Part shown: one piece after another, positions 1 to 8,532 of the stretch
Numbering within the stretch: position 1 is the stretch's first letter
Layout of the letters: each line of letters starts with the position of its first letter
Assembly: GCA_964578525.1 (NCBI GenBank)
Contig: CAZODG010000002.1
Span: 1-43,424 of the forward strand
Reading direction: 5' to 3'
Length of the DNA: 43,424 nucleotides
Source of the DNA: an uncultured Actinomycetota bacterium
Lineage (GTDB): Bacteria; Actinomycetota; Humimicrobiia; Humimicrobiales; Humimicrobiaceae
Position numbers and translations under genes: made by a program
The notes under the pieces: model-generated
Database searches by the model: none
What the model was told of the DNA's origin: nothing
The model's input: the letters and a program-made list of their open reading frames with translations, nothing else

Positions 1-239
1 CACGGACAAAAAAAGAATTAGCCGCCAGAAGAGTTATTAAAAAAATTATGGGCAAAAAACATTTTGATATCAAAGCTTTTCTTGATGATAAATCGCCTCT
101 ACATCAAAAAATGATTAAGACTATTCAGAAAGAATTGGGTGTGACCTCACTTAAATATCAAACGATCGGTGACATGGTAAAAGCCATTGGCTTACCCAAA
201 GAAAAACTTTGTCTTTATTGTTGGGACGGTAAAGAATAA
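1..239 (+). CDS. purF: Amidophosphoribosyltransferase, C-terminal fragment (5' part lies outside the window)
   Basis: Frame 3 is open from the window edge (RTKKELAARRVIKKIMGKKHF...LPKEKLCLYCWDGKE*). The tail (isolated Ser/Thr-Leu-x-Tyr, then AIG...LC.xC..G) resembles the PurF C-terminus. The listed ATG at 48 is internal. Confidence 0.55.
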   Translation, partial: RTKKELAARRVIKKIMGKKHFDIKAFLDDKSPLHQKMIKTIQKELGVTSLKYQTIGDMVKAIGLPKEKLCLYCWDGKE

Positions 240-472
240 AAAATTAATAAGACAGATGCAACCGGACTTGCAGAAATAACTGCCTTAAAAACTTTGGCTA
301 GTTTCTCTTGTTTTTAAATATCTTTAAGTCCTCAAATGTAATATAAAAAGCAAATATTTATCCTGTCGCCTAACATAAAAATTAGGTTATTACTGAACAT
401 AAAGTACCTAAAAACAGGCTAACAGGAAGAGTGCGTCATTAATCGTGAAGTGCTTTAGAAATTGTGTCGGTT

Positions 473-539
473 GCCGAGTTATAGACTAAAAATACTTAAA
501 AGATGTGTTTAAGATTGTAATAGAATAATAATTATTAAT
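473..539. repeat. Intergenic repeat element, copy A (lacks the left hairpin arm)
   Basis: gccgagttatagactaaaaatacttaaaagatgtgtttaagattgtaata matches 9764-9813 with 2 mismatches over 50 nt. Weaker similarity (ataattattaa) continues for about 15 more nt. Confidence 0.8.
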
Positions 540-590
540 TACTATATTTACTTATTAAAAAACCTATATAACTGAATACATATTCTTTAA

Positions 591-1802
591 TTATTTTACT
601 TTTGTAATAGTATGGGTTTCACCTTCAGATGCTATAGTCATAGAATCATTAGTAATACTAACAATAGTAAATTCCTTACTATATCCTCCACTTTCACCAG
701 ATGGTGCAGAAACATTTATATAAAGCTTTTTACCACTTAATGTATAAGTGCCTTCTGCTACATTCATATTTGTTGAACCACCTTCACCATACATTAAAAT
801 AACACCGCCTTCTTGAAATTCCCAATATACAGAACCACCGGTGTCATCTTTTAAAATAAACCATTTACCAACTAAAAGACTTTCTGTAGAAGTATCAGCG
901 GGTATTTGAACAGGCGTTTCTGTAGTTTCAGCTTGTGTAGTATCTGCAGTTAATTCTTCTTTTACTATCGGATAAAACTTACATCTACCTGCAGCAGGAA
1001 AATACATACCCTCAAACATGGGATCGCCAAATACATTATCTGCCGGTATATAAAATGTGTAACCATTTCTTGGACAAACAGTCTTTCTACTTTTATTATT
1101 GCCGTCATATATAATTAACTCAGTAGCTGTTGCCTCACATGACCCTCTAAATTCAAAGTATTTTGGATCATTTTCATCAAAGATATTATATGGCATCCAG
1201 ACTTTATAATAACCATATGGGTTACCTTCCATATCAAATTCAGGTTTCATTTCAAATGAAACATCTTTTGTAGCTCTTGTCCATGTGCCTTGAAAAACAC
1301 CTGAGCCATCTGCTCTGTTTTCAATATCCGGTGGCCCACCACCAAACATTATTCCTAATTTGCGAAGGTCAAACTTGGTTTTCAGTTTAGATCTATCAGT
1401 TTTAAAACTTTTGTTATATGAAGTATAACCTGAAACAGTTTCTACTTTACCATTAATTATTTTTGCTCCACCAATTGCTATCCAGTCTGCAGTACTTTGG
1501 CTGTCTTCAGGTACATTATATAATTTTACATCACTTCCCTTTACAGTATAAATACATTCCCAGGCAACAGTAAGGACACCTGTGTCTTTATCAAATATAC
1601 CTGATTGATACATGCCATTTTCCTGCAGGCAGTAAGCAGAATTATCCTTTTGAGATATAAATAAACCGTTTAGACCACCTAATTTTTCTTCATATGAAGA
1701 ATTTTCAATCTGATTACCTAAAATATTGCAACCTGCAAGAAAAGATAGAAATAATATGGGTATAAATAAACAAACTATAATTAAAATAATTTTATGTCTC
1801 AT
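591..1802 (-). CDS. Hypothetical lipoprotein with a lipocalin-like C-terminal domain
   Basis: Signal peptide plus lipobox (LSFLAGC). The C-terminus LLVGKWFILKDD...GTYTLSGKKLYI...MTI fits a lipocalin-like GxW pattern. No other family recognised. Confidence 0.6.
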   Translation of the reverse strand: MRHKIILIIVCLFIPILFLSFLAGCNILGNQIENSSYEEKLGGLNGLFISQKDNSAYCLQENGMYQSGIFDKDTGVLTVAWECIYTVKGSDVKLYNVPEDSQSTADWIAIGGAKIINGKVETVSGYTSYNKSFKTDRSKLKTKFDLRKLGIMFGGGPPDIENRADGSGVFQGTWTRATKDVSFEMKPEFDMEGNPYGYYKVWMPYNIFDENDPKYFEFRGSCEATATELIIYDGNNKSRKTVCPRNGYTFYIPADNVFGDPMFEGMYFPAAGRCKFYPIVKEELTADTTQAETTETPVQIPADTSTESLLVGKWFILKDDTGGSVYWEFQEGGVILMYGEGGSTNMNVAEGTYTLSGKKLYINVSAPSGESGGYSKEFTIVSITNDSMTIASEGETHTITKVK

Positions 1803-1847
1803 ATTTTAAAACCTCTCCTTCCTGTAAAGCTCCAATTATAGATAATT

Positions 1848-2993
1848 TTATTTTGGACCTATTATGTATTCACCTTTTTCATTGATATATCCCCATAGAC
1901 CATCCTGTTTCTGAACCAGAGCTATCCCACTTTCAAAAAAATTCCATGCTTGTTTAAATTGCGGTTCAAGAACATAATCACCTGTTTGATTTATATAGCC
2001 AGTCAGACCTTTTTCATCTTCCATTACCGGAGCAAGACCGTTTTTTGCAAACTTACTGTACCAGTAATACTTTGGCTCAATTACATATTCACCGCTTTTA
2101 TCAATCCAGCCATAAAGACCCCTTTGATCCTGAACACAGGCAAGCCCGTTTTCCTCAAAAGATGGCGTAAACCCTTGTGTAGATATAAACTGCGGCTCAA
2201 TTACATATTCTCCTGTCTCATTTATAAAGCCCCAGAACTCTTTTGGATCCTGAACTGCTGCAAGTCCATTTTTATCAAAAGCAGATGCACTTTTAAATTG
2301 CGGCTGGATTATATATTCTTCTTTTTCATTTATATAACCGCATAAGTCATCGCCCTTTTGCGCAGCAGCAAGTCCATTGTCTGAAAAATCTGAACCCCAT
2401 GAATATTCGGGCTCTATTGCATACTTACCACTTTCGTCAATCCATCCATAACCCAAACCATCAATAACGCATGCAAGTCCATTTTTTGCAAAAATACCAG
2501 CAGACACAAATTGAGCTTCAATAACAAATTCTTTACTCTCATTTACATAGCCCCACAATCCCGAATCATCCAAACAGGCTGCAAGCCCGGTTTCTGCAAA
2601 CTCCAGTACATTTTTATATTTTACCTCATTGCCCTGGGTATCAATACTTATTAAATTGTCATCAGTTAATACTTGAGCCTGGTTGTTTTCATTAAATTCA
2701 AGTGCTAATTTAAATTTTGGTTCAATTACAAAATCCCCTTGCTGATTTATATAACCCCAAAGGCCTGTTTTTGAATCCGGAAATGGAAGAAGGTCTGCAA
2801 TTTCTGTTTTATTTTGTGTTTCTTCTGCTTGCATTGACTCATCAGTAGAAAGTGGAAAATCTGATATGTCATCGGTAATGACTGGAAACATTGCACCTTG
2901 GTATGAGGGTTCATCTTTTTTTACAAATAAATTACAGGAAGAAATACTAATTGCAATAATGATTAACAGTAGAATTATTATAGTTTTTTTCAT
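1848..2993 (-). CDS. WG-repeat (KWG-type) lipoprotein
   Basis: Lipoprotein signal (ISISSC) followed by about 8 tandem repeats of G(L/F)WGYIN..G.(Y/F)VIEP(Q/K)F...A..F..NGLA. Confidence 0.8.
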   Translation of the reverse strand: MKKTIIILLLIIIAISISSCNLFVKKDEPSYQGAMFPVITDDISDFPLSTDESMQAEETQNKTEIADLLPFPDSKTGLWGYINQQGDFVIEPKFKLALEFNENNQAQVLTDDNLISIDTQGNEVKYKNVLEFAETGLAACLDDSGLWGYVNESKEFVIEAQFVSAGIFAKNGLACVIDGLGYGWIDESGKYAIEPEYSWGSDFSDNGLAAAQKGDDLCGYINEKEEYIIQPQFKSASAFDKNGLAAVQDPKEFWGFINETGEYVIEPQFISTQGFTPSFEENGLACVQDQRGLYGWIDKSGEYVIEPKYYWYSKFAKNGLAPVMEDEKGLTGYINQTGDYVLEPQFKQAWNFFESGIALVQKQDGLWGYINEKGEYIIGPK

Positions 2994-3079
2994 TACAATT
3001 CTACTTTCCTCTTAAAATTAATAACACTTTCTTGTGATATCGTATAATAAATTATCTGTGACTTCGCTAAGATAATTTT

Positions 3080-3493
3080 ATATTCTTTCTATATGAACTG
3101 CAACACATAATAAATACTGTGCGTGACTCATTCCAACATACGCCATTTTTAAAGATTCTTTGGTTCTTGACTTTGCTTTACCCGTGGCTATATTTCCTTT
3201 AAAAAACTCTTTCAACCTTTGAGATTCATAAGAAATACTTTCTCTTTTTTTATACTATCATTATGGTAATACGTTTCCAGATAAAGGGTCGCTAAATGTG
3301 TTTACCCTTTAATTGAATGAATTGTTGCAACTTCGACTTCCAATCCATCAGACTCAAAGATATTTATTGTTTTTTTATTAGTTGTTTGTTCATTTTCTGA
3401 AATAATACATAAATTATTGTAGTTAACATTTAAAAACTCCTTATTTTTTTGTGAAATTTCTGTTACCTCAAAAACACTATGTAGCATTAGCAA
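3080..3493 (-). pseudogene. Remnant of a UvrD/PcrA-like helicase C-terminal domain
   Basis: The ORF ends ...EVEVATIHSIKG*. It continues past the stop as THLATLYLETYYH, and in another frame as KMAYVGMSHAQYLLCVAVH. These resemble SF1 helicase motif V/VI regions (TIHxxKG ... YVGxTRA..xL). There is no N-terminal ATPase part, and there are several stops and frame changes. Confidence 0.45.
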
Positions 3494-3553
3494 GAGTTTT
3501 TTCTTTGATATTCCTAACGTAGTCTGCTAAATTTACAAGGATGCTTTAATGAC

Positions 3554-3760
3554 TTAGTCTTCAAGAATGAAAGTGACTCTCATTAAAATTCTGTATTCAG
3601 CAATTTTACCCTCATTGTCTACTATAACTTCAAAATCTTTTAGCCACGCGGACTTGACATTTTTAAGGGTTTTGTTCGCGCGGACTATGCCTTCCTTTAT
3701 TGCATCATCGAAGCTTGTGGGAGAAGATACTTTAACTTCAGTTACTTTTGCAATTGACAT
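3554..3760 (-). CDS. Dodecin-family flavin-binding protein
   Basis: 68 aa. KVTEVKVSSPTSFDDAIKEGIVRANKTLKNV...F.V...G.I.EY...M.V.F matches the dodecin pattern (V.GSS..S..DA...A...A.KTLRN). Confidence 0.8.
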   Translation of the reverse strand: MSIAKVTEVKVSSPTSFDDAIKEGIVRANKTLKNVKSAWLKDFEVIVDNEGKIAEYRILMRVTFILED

Positions 3761-3852
3761 TTGCAGTCTCCTTTCTTATTCTATAAAGTTTATTTTACTT
3801 TATAACAAATGATAAATACCTGCAATTTCTATTTTTGTTTTCCTCCTTTATT

Positions 3853-3880
3853 TTTACAAATTGCTTTTTAGTGTTAAAAT
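3853..3880 (+). promoter_or_regulatory. Sigma70-type promoter (TTTACA-N16-TGtTAAAAT), cassette copy 1
   Basis: -35 TTTACA at 3853-3858, a 16-nt spacer, and an extended -10 TGtTAAAAT ending at 3880, about 90 nt upstream of the HEAT gene start. 30 of 33 nt are identical to 9921-9953. Confidence 0.5.
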
Positions 3881-3970
3881 TTTCCGCATAGGGTAAATAA
3901 AAAAAACATAAAGAAAGAAACCAATCTTAAAATTAAAAAGAAAATAATTAACACAATAGGAGATATTAAA

Positions 3971-4195
3971 ATGGAAGTATCTGATGTGCTAAAAATGCAA
4001 ATACATAAAGATGTTAAAGGATTAATTAAGGCTTTAAAGGATAAAGATTGGCGTGTCCGAATTTGGATAGTAGGAGCTCTTGGGGAGACAAGAGATAAAA
4101 GGGCGATAGAATCTCTCACTCAGGCTTTAAAGGATGAAAATAGCATTGTCCGAAGTCTTGCAGAAGAGGCTCTTGAGAAGATAAAAGGAGGATAG
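3971..4195 (+). CDS. HEAT-repeat (PBS-lyase HEAT-like) protein, short
   Basis: Repeats of [28 protein letters not shown] aggag lies 8 nt before the ATG. Confidence 0.75.
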   Translation: MEVSDVLKMQIHKDVKGLIKALKDKDWRVRIWIVGALGETRDKRAIESLTQALKDENSIVRSLAEEALEKIKGG

Positions 4196-4252
4196 AATCA
4201 CTCGCTAAGGTTTAAAGGATGAAGATAGAGATGTCCGAAAGGAGGTGTGAAT

Positions 4253-4657
4253 ATGGGAATATCTGGCGGACCAAATATCGAGGAATTGAAAGTAAATAAA
4301 GATGTCGAAGGATTGATCAACGCTTTAAAGGATAAAGATCCAATGATCCGAGGGGATGCAACAGAGGTTCTTGGGAAGATAGGAGACAGCCGGGCGGTAG
4401 AACCTCTTATTGAGGCTTTAAAGGATATTGTCCGAGAAATTGCAATAGAGTCTCTTAGGAAGATAGGAGAGCCTGCTGTGGAGTCTCTAATTAAAGCTTT
4501 AAAGGATAAAGATACCCTTATCCGAAGTGGTGCTGCTAAGGCTCTTGGAAAGATAGGAGATAAAAGAGCTGTAGAATCTCTAACTGAGGCTTTAAAGTAT
4601 GGAGATATCTTTGTCCGAAGTGCGGCAGCAGAGGCTCTCGAGAAGATAAAAGGGTGA
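4253..4657 (+). CDS. HEAT-repeat (PBS-lyase HEAT-like) protein
   Basis: Four or more ALKDKD..(I/V)R..AA.ALGKIGD.RAVE.L repeats. The ATG at 4253 sits 7 nt after a perfect SD (aaGGAGG, 4241-4245). The ORF track starts two codons earlier at GTG 4247. Confidence 0.8.
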   Translation: MGISGGPNIEELKVNKDVEGLINALKDKDPMIRGDATEVLGKIGDSRAVEPLIEALKDIVREIAIESLRKIGEPAVESLIKALKDKDTLIRSGAAKALGKIGDKRAVESLTEALKYGDIFVRSAAAEALEKIKG

Positions 4658-4719
4658 TAGAACCACTCGCTAAGGCTTTAAAGGATAAAGATAGCGATGT
4701 CCGAAGGGAGGTGTGTAAA

Positions 4720-4992
4720 ATGAAAAGTGGAGAGATAAAATGTTCTAAATGTGGGAAGATCATAGGTCAGTTACCCACTACAATTGCCGAAGATATCAGG
4801 CGCGGTGGAGGAATGGTGACCGGAGGGAATTCCCTTGATATACCGATGTATAAGTGCACCATCTGCCCCAGTTGTGGAAATGTATTCTGCGACAGTTGCC
4901 AAAGACCAAGCCCTGATCCATGCCCTAAATGTGGCAAAAGTAATTTAAGGCCAGGTTTTGCAGATTTAGTAATGCAATATTACAAGGGGTAA
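4720..4992 (+). CDS. Cys-rich zinc-ribbon protein (an alternative GTG start at 4654 adds one HEAT repeat)
   Basis: CSKCGK...CTICPSCGNVFCDSC...CPKCGK gives four CxxC pairs. The ATG at 4720 is preceded by GGGAGG at an 8-nt spacing. The in-frame extension from GTG 4654 encodes [19 protein letters not shown]. Confidence 0.6.
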   Translation: MKSGEIKCSKCGKIIGQLPTTIAEDIRRGGGMVTGGNSLDIPMYKCTICPSCGNVFCDSCQRPSPDPCPKCGKSNLRPGFADLVMQYYKG

Positions 4993-4999
4993 ATTAAAA

Positions 5000-5039
5000 A
5001 ATGATTTGTTGCTTAATTTAATATAAACAACAAATCATT
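5000..5039. terminator. Bidirectional intrinsic terminator between convergent genes
   Basis: Perfect 12-bp stem aatgatttgttg / caacaaatcatt with a 16-nt loop. It is flanked by an A-run on the left (a T-run for the minus-strand RRM gene) and T-rich sequence on the right. Confidence 0.6.
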
Positions 5040-5100
5040 ATTATGAAGAATTAAATCTACTACAAATCCTTTTAAAAAAGTCTTTGCATAGTTTTATTAT

Positions 5101-5358
5101 TTAATACCTTCTTTCGGTTCTTGGTCTTTGTGGAAGGGCTTCATCAACTTTTAAAGTACGACCTTCAAAGTCTGTGCCGTCTAAAGCTTCTTTGGCTTTT
5201 TCTGCTTCCGCATTATCTGACAGTTCAACAAAACCAAAACCTTTACTTCCAATTACATTAGCTGATTGAACCTTACCATGTGAGGAAAAAAGCTCTTCTA
5301 ATTGCTCATTAGTAACAGAATAGTTTAAATTCCCTACATATAGTTTGCTACCTTGCAT
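5101..5358 (-). CDS. RRM-type RNA-binding protein
   Basis: RNP-2 LYVGNL and RNP-1 KGFGFVE motifs. 85 aa with an R-rich tail. Strong SD aaaggagg upstream. Confidence 0.9.
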   Translation of the reverse strand: MQGSKLYVGNLNYSVTNEQLEELFSSHGKVQSANVIGSKGFGFVELSDNAEAEKAKEALDGTDFEGRTLKVDEALPQRPRTERRY

Positions 5359-5480
5359 ATTTACCTCCTTTCAAATGCTATCGTTTCTCTAAGCTTTACG
5401 ATATTTTATTTAGAGAGGTAACAGCGGGTAACAAATGGCTCTTAACTAAAATACTATCAAACAAAAGAGAGTTGCTAAAT

Positions 5481-5542
5481 AAAAAACCCCAAGTTATCTT
5501 TCACCATAACCTTACGACCTTAGGTTACTTAACACCTCGGGG
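5481..5542 (-). terminator. Long GC-clamped hairpin plus U6 (intrinsic terminator or 3' end of a small RNA)
   Basis: Minus strand reads CCCCGAGG...(inner hairpin TAACCT/AGGTTA)...CTTGGGG followed by TTTTTT. It lies about 260 nt downstream of the 5802..6203 gene and about 125 nt upstream of the RRM start codon. Confidence 0.5.
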
Positions 5543-5801
5543 CCTAATACTTTGGACTTCAATGACCTCATTTAGATTTTTTTCTCTTCCTGCATTCTTT
5601 CGTCTGCAAGCCTCAAATATTACCGAATACTGTCTCTATCCAAAGATTGGTCTAAATAATATCAGAAATTATAAGAATTGTCAAATAAATTATTTATAAA
5701 TGTTTTTATAATTATCTTTAAAATTTATTTTATTGTTTTATTAGGTTTATAACTTAAGCAAAAAGTATGCCTGGCATACGAATCTTCATCTTTGGTAAAA
5801 T

Positions 5802-6203
5802 TTATTTGCAATAGATTTTTTCTCCATTTCTGATTTCTTTTAATTCATTTATTTTTCCTATGTCTATAATATTACCAATAATTGTAACAGGACTGGCAGC
5901 CTGAGGTTTATCGCCCTGACTTGCAGGAGTTTTACCAAAAAAAATACATAATGCACTTCCGGGAGGCCAGAACGCTACTGTACCTATATCAACTTCTTCA
6001 ATACCATTTTCAATATCTGCCTTTAAAGGAATTGAAAAGTATATTTCGTCTCCCCATCTATTAACATTAGAGTCGATGGGCAGTATTTCAAGTAATTCTT
6101 TTGCCGTTTTTGTCTCATTTAATTGCACTTTGATATCAAGTTTGCCAATCAATAAATTTATAGTTTTTTTTATTTTATTATCATTTCCTGATTTTTTTTG
6201 CAT
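5802..6203 (-). CDS. Cyclophilin-like fold protein (TM1367-like family)
   Basis: RWGDEIYFSIP ... GTVAFWPPGSALCIFFGKTP...QAASPVTIIGNI closely follows the motif pattern of the TM1367-type cyclophilin-like family. Confidence 0.75.
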   Translation of the reverse strand: MQKKSGNDNKIKKTINLLIGKLDIKVQLNETKTAKELLEILPIDSNVNRWGDEIYFSIPLKADIENGIEEVDIGTVAFWPPGSALCIFFGKTPASQGDKPQAASPVTIIGNIIDIGKINELKEIRNGEKIYCK

Positions 6204-6322
6204 AATTACCTCTTTCTTCTAATAAAAATATTGTTATTTATATATAAAATGATAAGCCGCGTTATAAACTAAAAATGCCTAAAAAATGGTTTTAGATTAA
6301 AATGAATAAGCAAATGAGTTTG

Positions 6323-6730
6323 CTATTTTCTAAGTAGCGAAAAGTTCAGATCCGTTCCCGTGATTTCATTACCGTCGCCGTCGAGCATCAAGACTTCATC
6401 TTGAGAGACAACCTTGAGATATTGCTCGATGGAGCCATCGGATCTTAACAGCACTAATCTGCCTTCTTCGTCGATTTCCCAGCTGCCAGTCGAGATAAAA
6501 GGTTCTGAATCCGTACCCAGATAGGTAAATGAAAATGTATATGTCTTATCGGATTCTACAGATAGTTCCGCTTTAATCCCTTCACAGTCGGCGCATGGAA
6601 TCATACCTTCATAATTGCCAACAGCTTCATCTTTTTTGCAGCCTGATGCCAATATTCCAAGTAAAAATATAATCAGTAAAACAAAAGCAGTTAATTTTTT
6701 TATATTGCCGGACATAATGTTTCCTTTCAT
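6323..6730 (-). CDS. Lipoprotein with an NlpE N-terminal-like domain
   Basis: Lipobox LASGC. YEGMIPCADCEGIKAELSVESDKTY matches the NlpE-N CxxC motif (Y.G.LPCADC.GI...L.L). Confidence 0.65.
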   Translation of the reverse strand: MKGNIMSGNIKKLTAFVLLIIFLLGILASGCKKDEAVGNYEGMIPCADCEGIKAELSVESDKTYTFSFTYLGTDSEPFISTGSWEIDEEGRLVLLRSDGSIEQYLKVVSQDEVLMLDGDGNEITGTDLNFSLLRK

Positions 6731-6748
6731 TAAGCTACTTCCCCATAT

Positions 6749-7543
6749 TTATGATAATAGCGTGCTGTCTTCTGCAAATTCTTCACCGCTGACGTTGCCG
6801 AAACGCACCAGAAGATCCTCTACTGTAAGTTTTTGTTTTTCCTTCCCGCTTATCTCCAGAACAATCTGCCCTTCATACATCATTATCAGCCTGTCACCGT
6901 GCCTTATGGCATCGCGCATATTATGAGTCACCATCAGGGTGGTTAAATTATTTTCCTTAATGATCCTATCACTTAATCTTAGAACCTTTTGCGCGGTCTT
7001 GGGATCAAGCGCTGCCGCATGTTCATCCAAAAGCAAAAGCTTGGGTTTCTTTATTGTCGCCATCAGTAGCGTCAATGCCTGCCGCTGTCCACCCGAAAGC
7101 ATTCCTACTTTTATACTGAGACGGTTTTCAAGGCCCAGACCCAGCGTCCTGAGTAGTTCCCTGTACTCCTCACGCTCTTTATTGCTGATACCCCAGGAAA
7201 GGCCACGGCGCTTTCCACGCCGCAGGGCAAGGGCTAAATTCTCTTCGATACCCATATTTCCGGCCGTACCCATTATTGGATCCTGAAATACACGGCCCAG
7301 CACCTCGGCACGTTTATATTCGTTAAGATTCGTTACATCCTTACCATCAATTACTATCGAACCTTTATCCACAGGATATACACCCGCTACACAATTAAGC
7401 AGCGTAGATTTACCCGACCCGTTGCCGCCAATGAGTGTCACAAATTCACCTTTTTCAAGTTTAAGATTGACACTTTTCAGGGCTACCTTTTCATTTACAG
7501 TTCTGTGATTAAATATTTTGGTGACTTTTTTGACGTCAAGCAT
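6749..7543 (-). CDS. ABC transporter ATP-binding protein (PF04392-type uptake system)
   Basis: Walker A GGNGSGKST, signature LSGGQRQ, Walker B LLLLDEH. Directly abuts the permease gene. Confidence 0.9.
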   Translation of the reverse strand: MLDVKKVTKIFNHRTVNEKVALKSVNLKLEKGEFVTLIGGNGSGKSTLLNCVAGVYPVDKGSIVIDGKDVTNLNEYKRAEVLGRVFQDPIMGTAGNMGIEENLALALRRGKRRGLSWGISNKEREEYRELLRTLGLGLENRLSIKVGMLSGGQRQALTLLMATIKKPKLLLLDEHAAALDPKTAQKVLRLSDRIIKENNLTTLMVTHNMRDAIRHGDRLIMMYEGQIVLEISGKEKQKLTVEDLLVRFGNVSGEEFAEDSTLLS

Positions 7544-8437
7544 TTACTCTCCCCTTCTAAAAGACTTCTTTAATGGAACCAGATAAGAGCGGAATACCGG
7601 CAGGGAAAGAGCTACAGCTACGGTTATGGCTGTAAAAAGTTTTAAATCATTTGCGGGCATGCCCAGCCTGAGCACCACGGCAATGATGATACGGTAAGTG
7701 ATTGCACCAAGCGCCAGGGAGAGCAGCCGGACATAGAAGTTCTTTTTACCAAATAGAACTTCGCCTATAATAACAGATGCCAGGCCTATTACGATGGAAC
7801 CTATCCCCATCTGAATATCTGCAAAACTCTGGCTCTGCGCGATAAGCGCACCGCCGATAGCAACCAGGCCGTTACTGATCATGAGACCCAGTATAATCGT
7901 AGTGTTTGTATTGATACCCTGTGCACGGGCCATCTGAGGATTATCACCTGTTGCCCGTATTGCACAGCCTATTTCCGTTCCAAAAAACCAGTACAGGATA
8001 CCGGTAATGCTGCCGACAAAAATCAGCCCCAGTACAATTACAGAGCTCATGTGGTTCATTCCCATCTTTTCAAACACGGTATATGCGGTATCCACACGTA
8101 ATAGCGAAATGTTTGCCCTTCCCATTATCCGTAAATTGATTGAATACAGGGCAATCATTGTCAGGATTCCCGCAAGAAGCGAGGGAATTTTAAGTTTGGT
8201 GTGCAGCAGTCCGGTTATGAGACCAGCACTCAAGCCGCCAAGGAACGCCAGCAAAATTGCGAGATAAGCGTTAATGCCTTTGGTTATTGCAAATGCAGCA
8301 ATAGATGCACCCATAACGATACTGCCCTCGACTGTCAGGTCCGCAATAGTCAGGATGCGGTAAGTGATATAAACACCTATTGTTATAATCGCCCAGAGCA
8401 GACCAAGGGAAAGTGCTCCCATTAATATCTGCAGCAT
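7544..8437 (-). CDS. ABC transporter permease
   Basis: 297 aa, polytopic and hydrophobic. Contiguous with the ATPase gene (stop and start are adjacent). Confidence 0.85.
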   Translation of the reverse strand: MLQILMGALSLGLLWAIITIGVYITYRILTIADLTVEGSIVMGASIAAFAITKGINAYLAILLAFLGGLSAGLITGLLHTKLKIPSLLAGILTMIALYSINLRIMGRANISLLRVDTAYTVFEKMGMNHMSSVIVLGLIFVGSITGILYWFFGTEIGCAIRATGDNPQMARAQGINTNTTIILGLMISNGLVAIGGALIAQSQSFADIQMGIGSIVIGLASVIIGEVLFGKKNFYVRLLSLALGAITYRIIIAVVLRLGMPANDLKLFTAITVAVALSLPVFRSYLVPLKKSFRRGE

Positions 8438-8532
8438 ATCACTTGATCCATTCTTAAATTTTCGTCAGAGATCAATAGAAATAAAACTTCTATTAATCTC
8501 TGACGATATTATGTTAATCTTCGATAATTATA

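Noticed and set aside
330-400. Integron attC-like site (GCCTAAC ... TTAGG) combined with the tyrosine recombinase
   Set aside because: The hairpin is only 5 bp (cctaa/ttagg). There is no R''/L''-L'/R' architecture. The recombinase is a 291-aa Xer-type protein without the IntI-specific insertion, and it lies 13 kb away.
1950-2345. 131-aa plus-strand ORF inside the WG-repeat gene
   Set aside because: It lies entirely antisense to a well-supported repeat-protein gene. The sequence is low-complexity and F/I/L-rich, typical of the reverse frame of AT-rich coding DNA, and there is no RBS.
4181-4660. Programmed -1 ribosomal frameshifting at the AAAAGGG sequence before each HEAT-gene stop codon
   Set aside because: A AAA GGG is not a canonical X XXY YYZ slippery heptamer, because only the P-site codon can re-pair. 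No downstream pseudoknot or stem is evident. In junction 1 the -1 frame hits a stop after 11 codons. An SD-ATG restart explains the layout more simply.
5472-5699. 75-aa plus-strand ORF in the RRM upstream region
   Set aside because: It has no RBS and starts on top of the minus-strand terminator hairpin, and the translation has no recognisable features. The region is better explained as non-coding.
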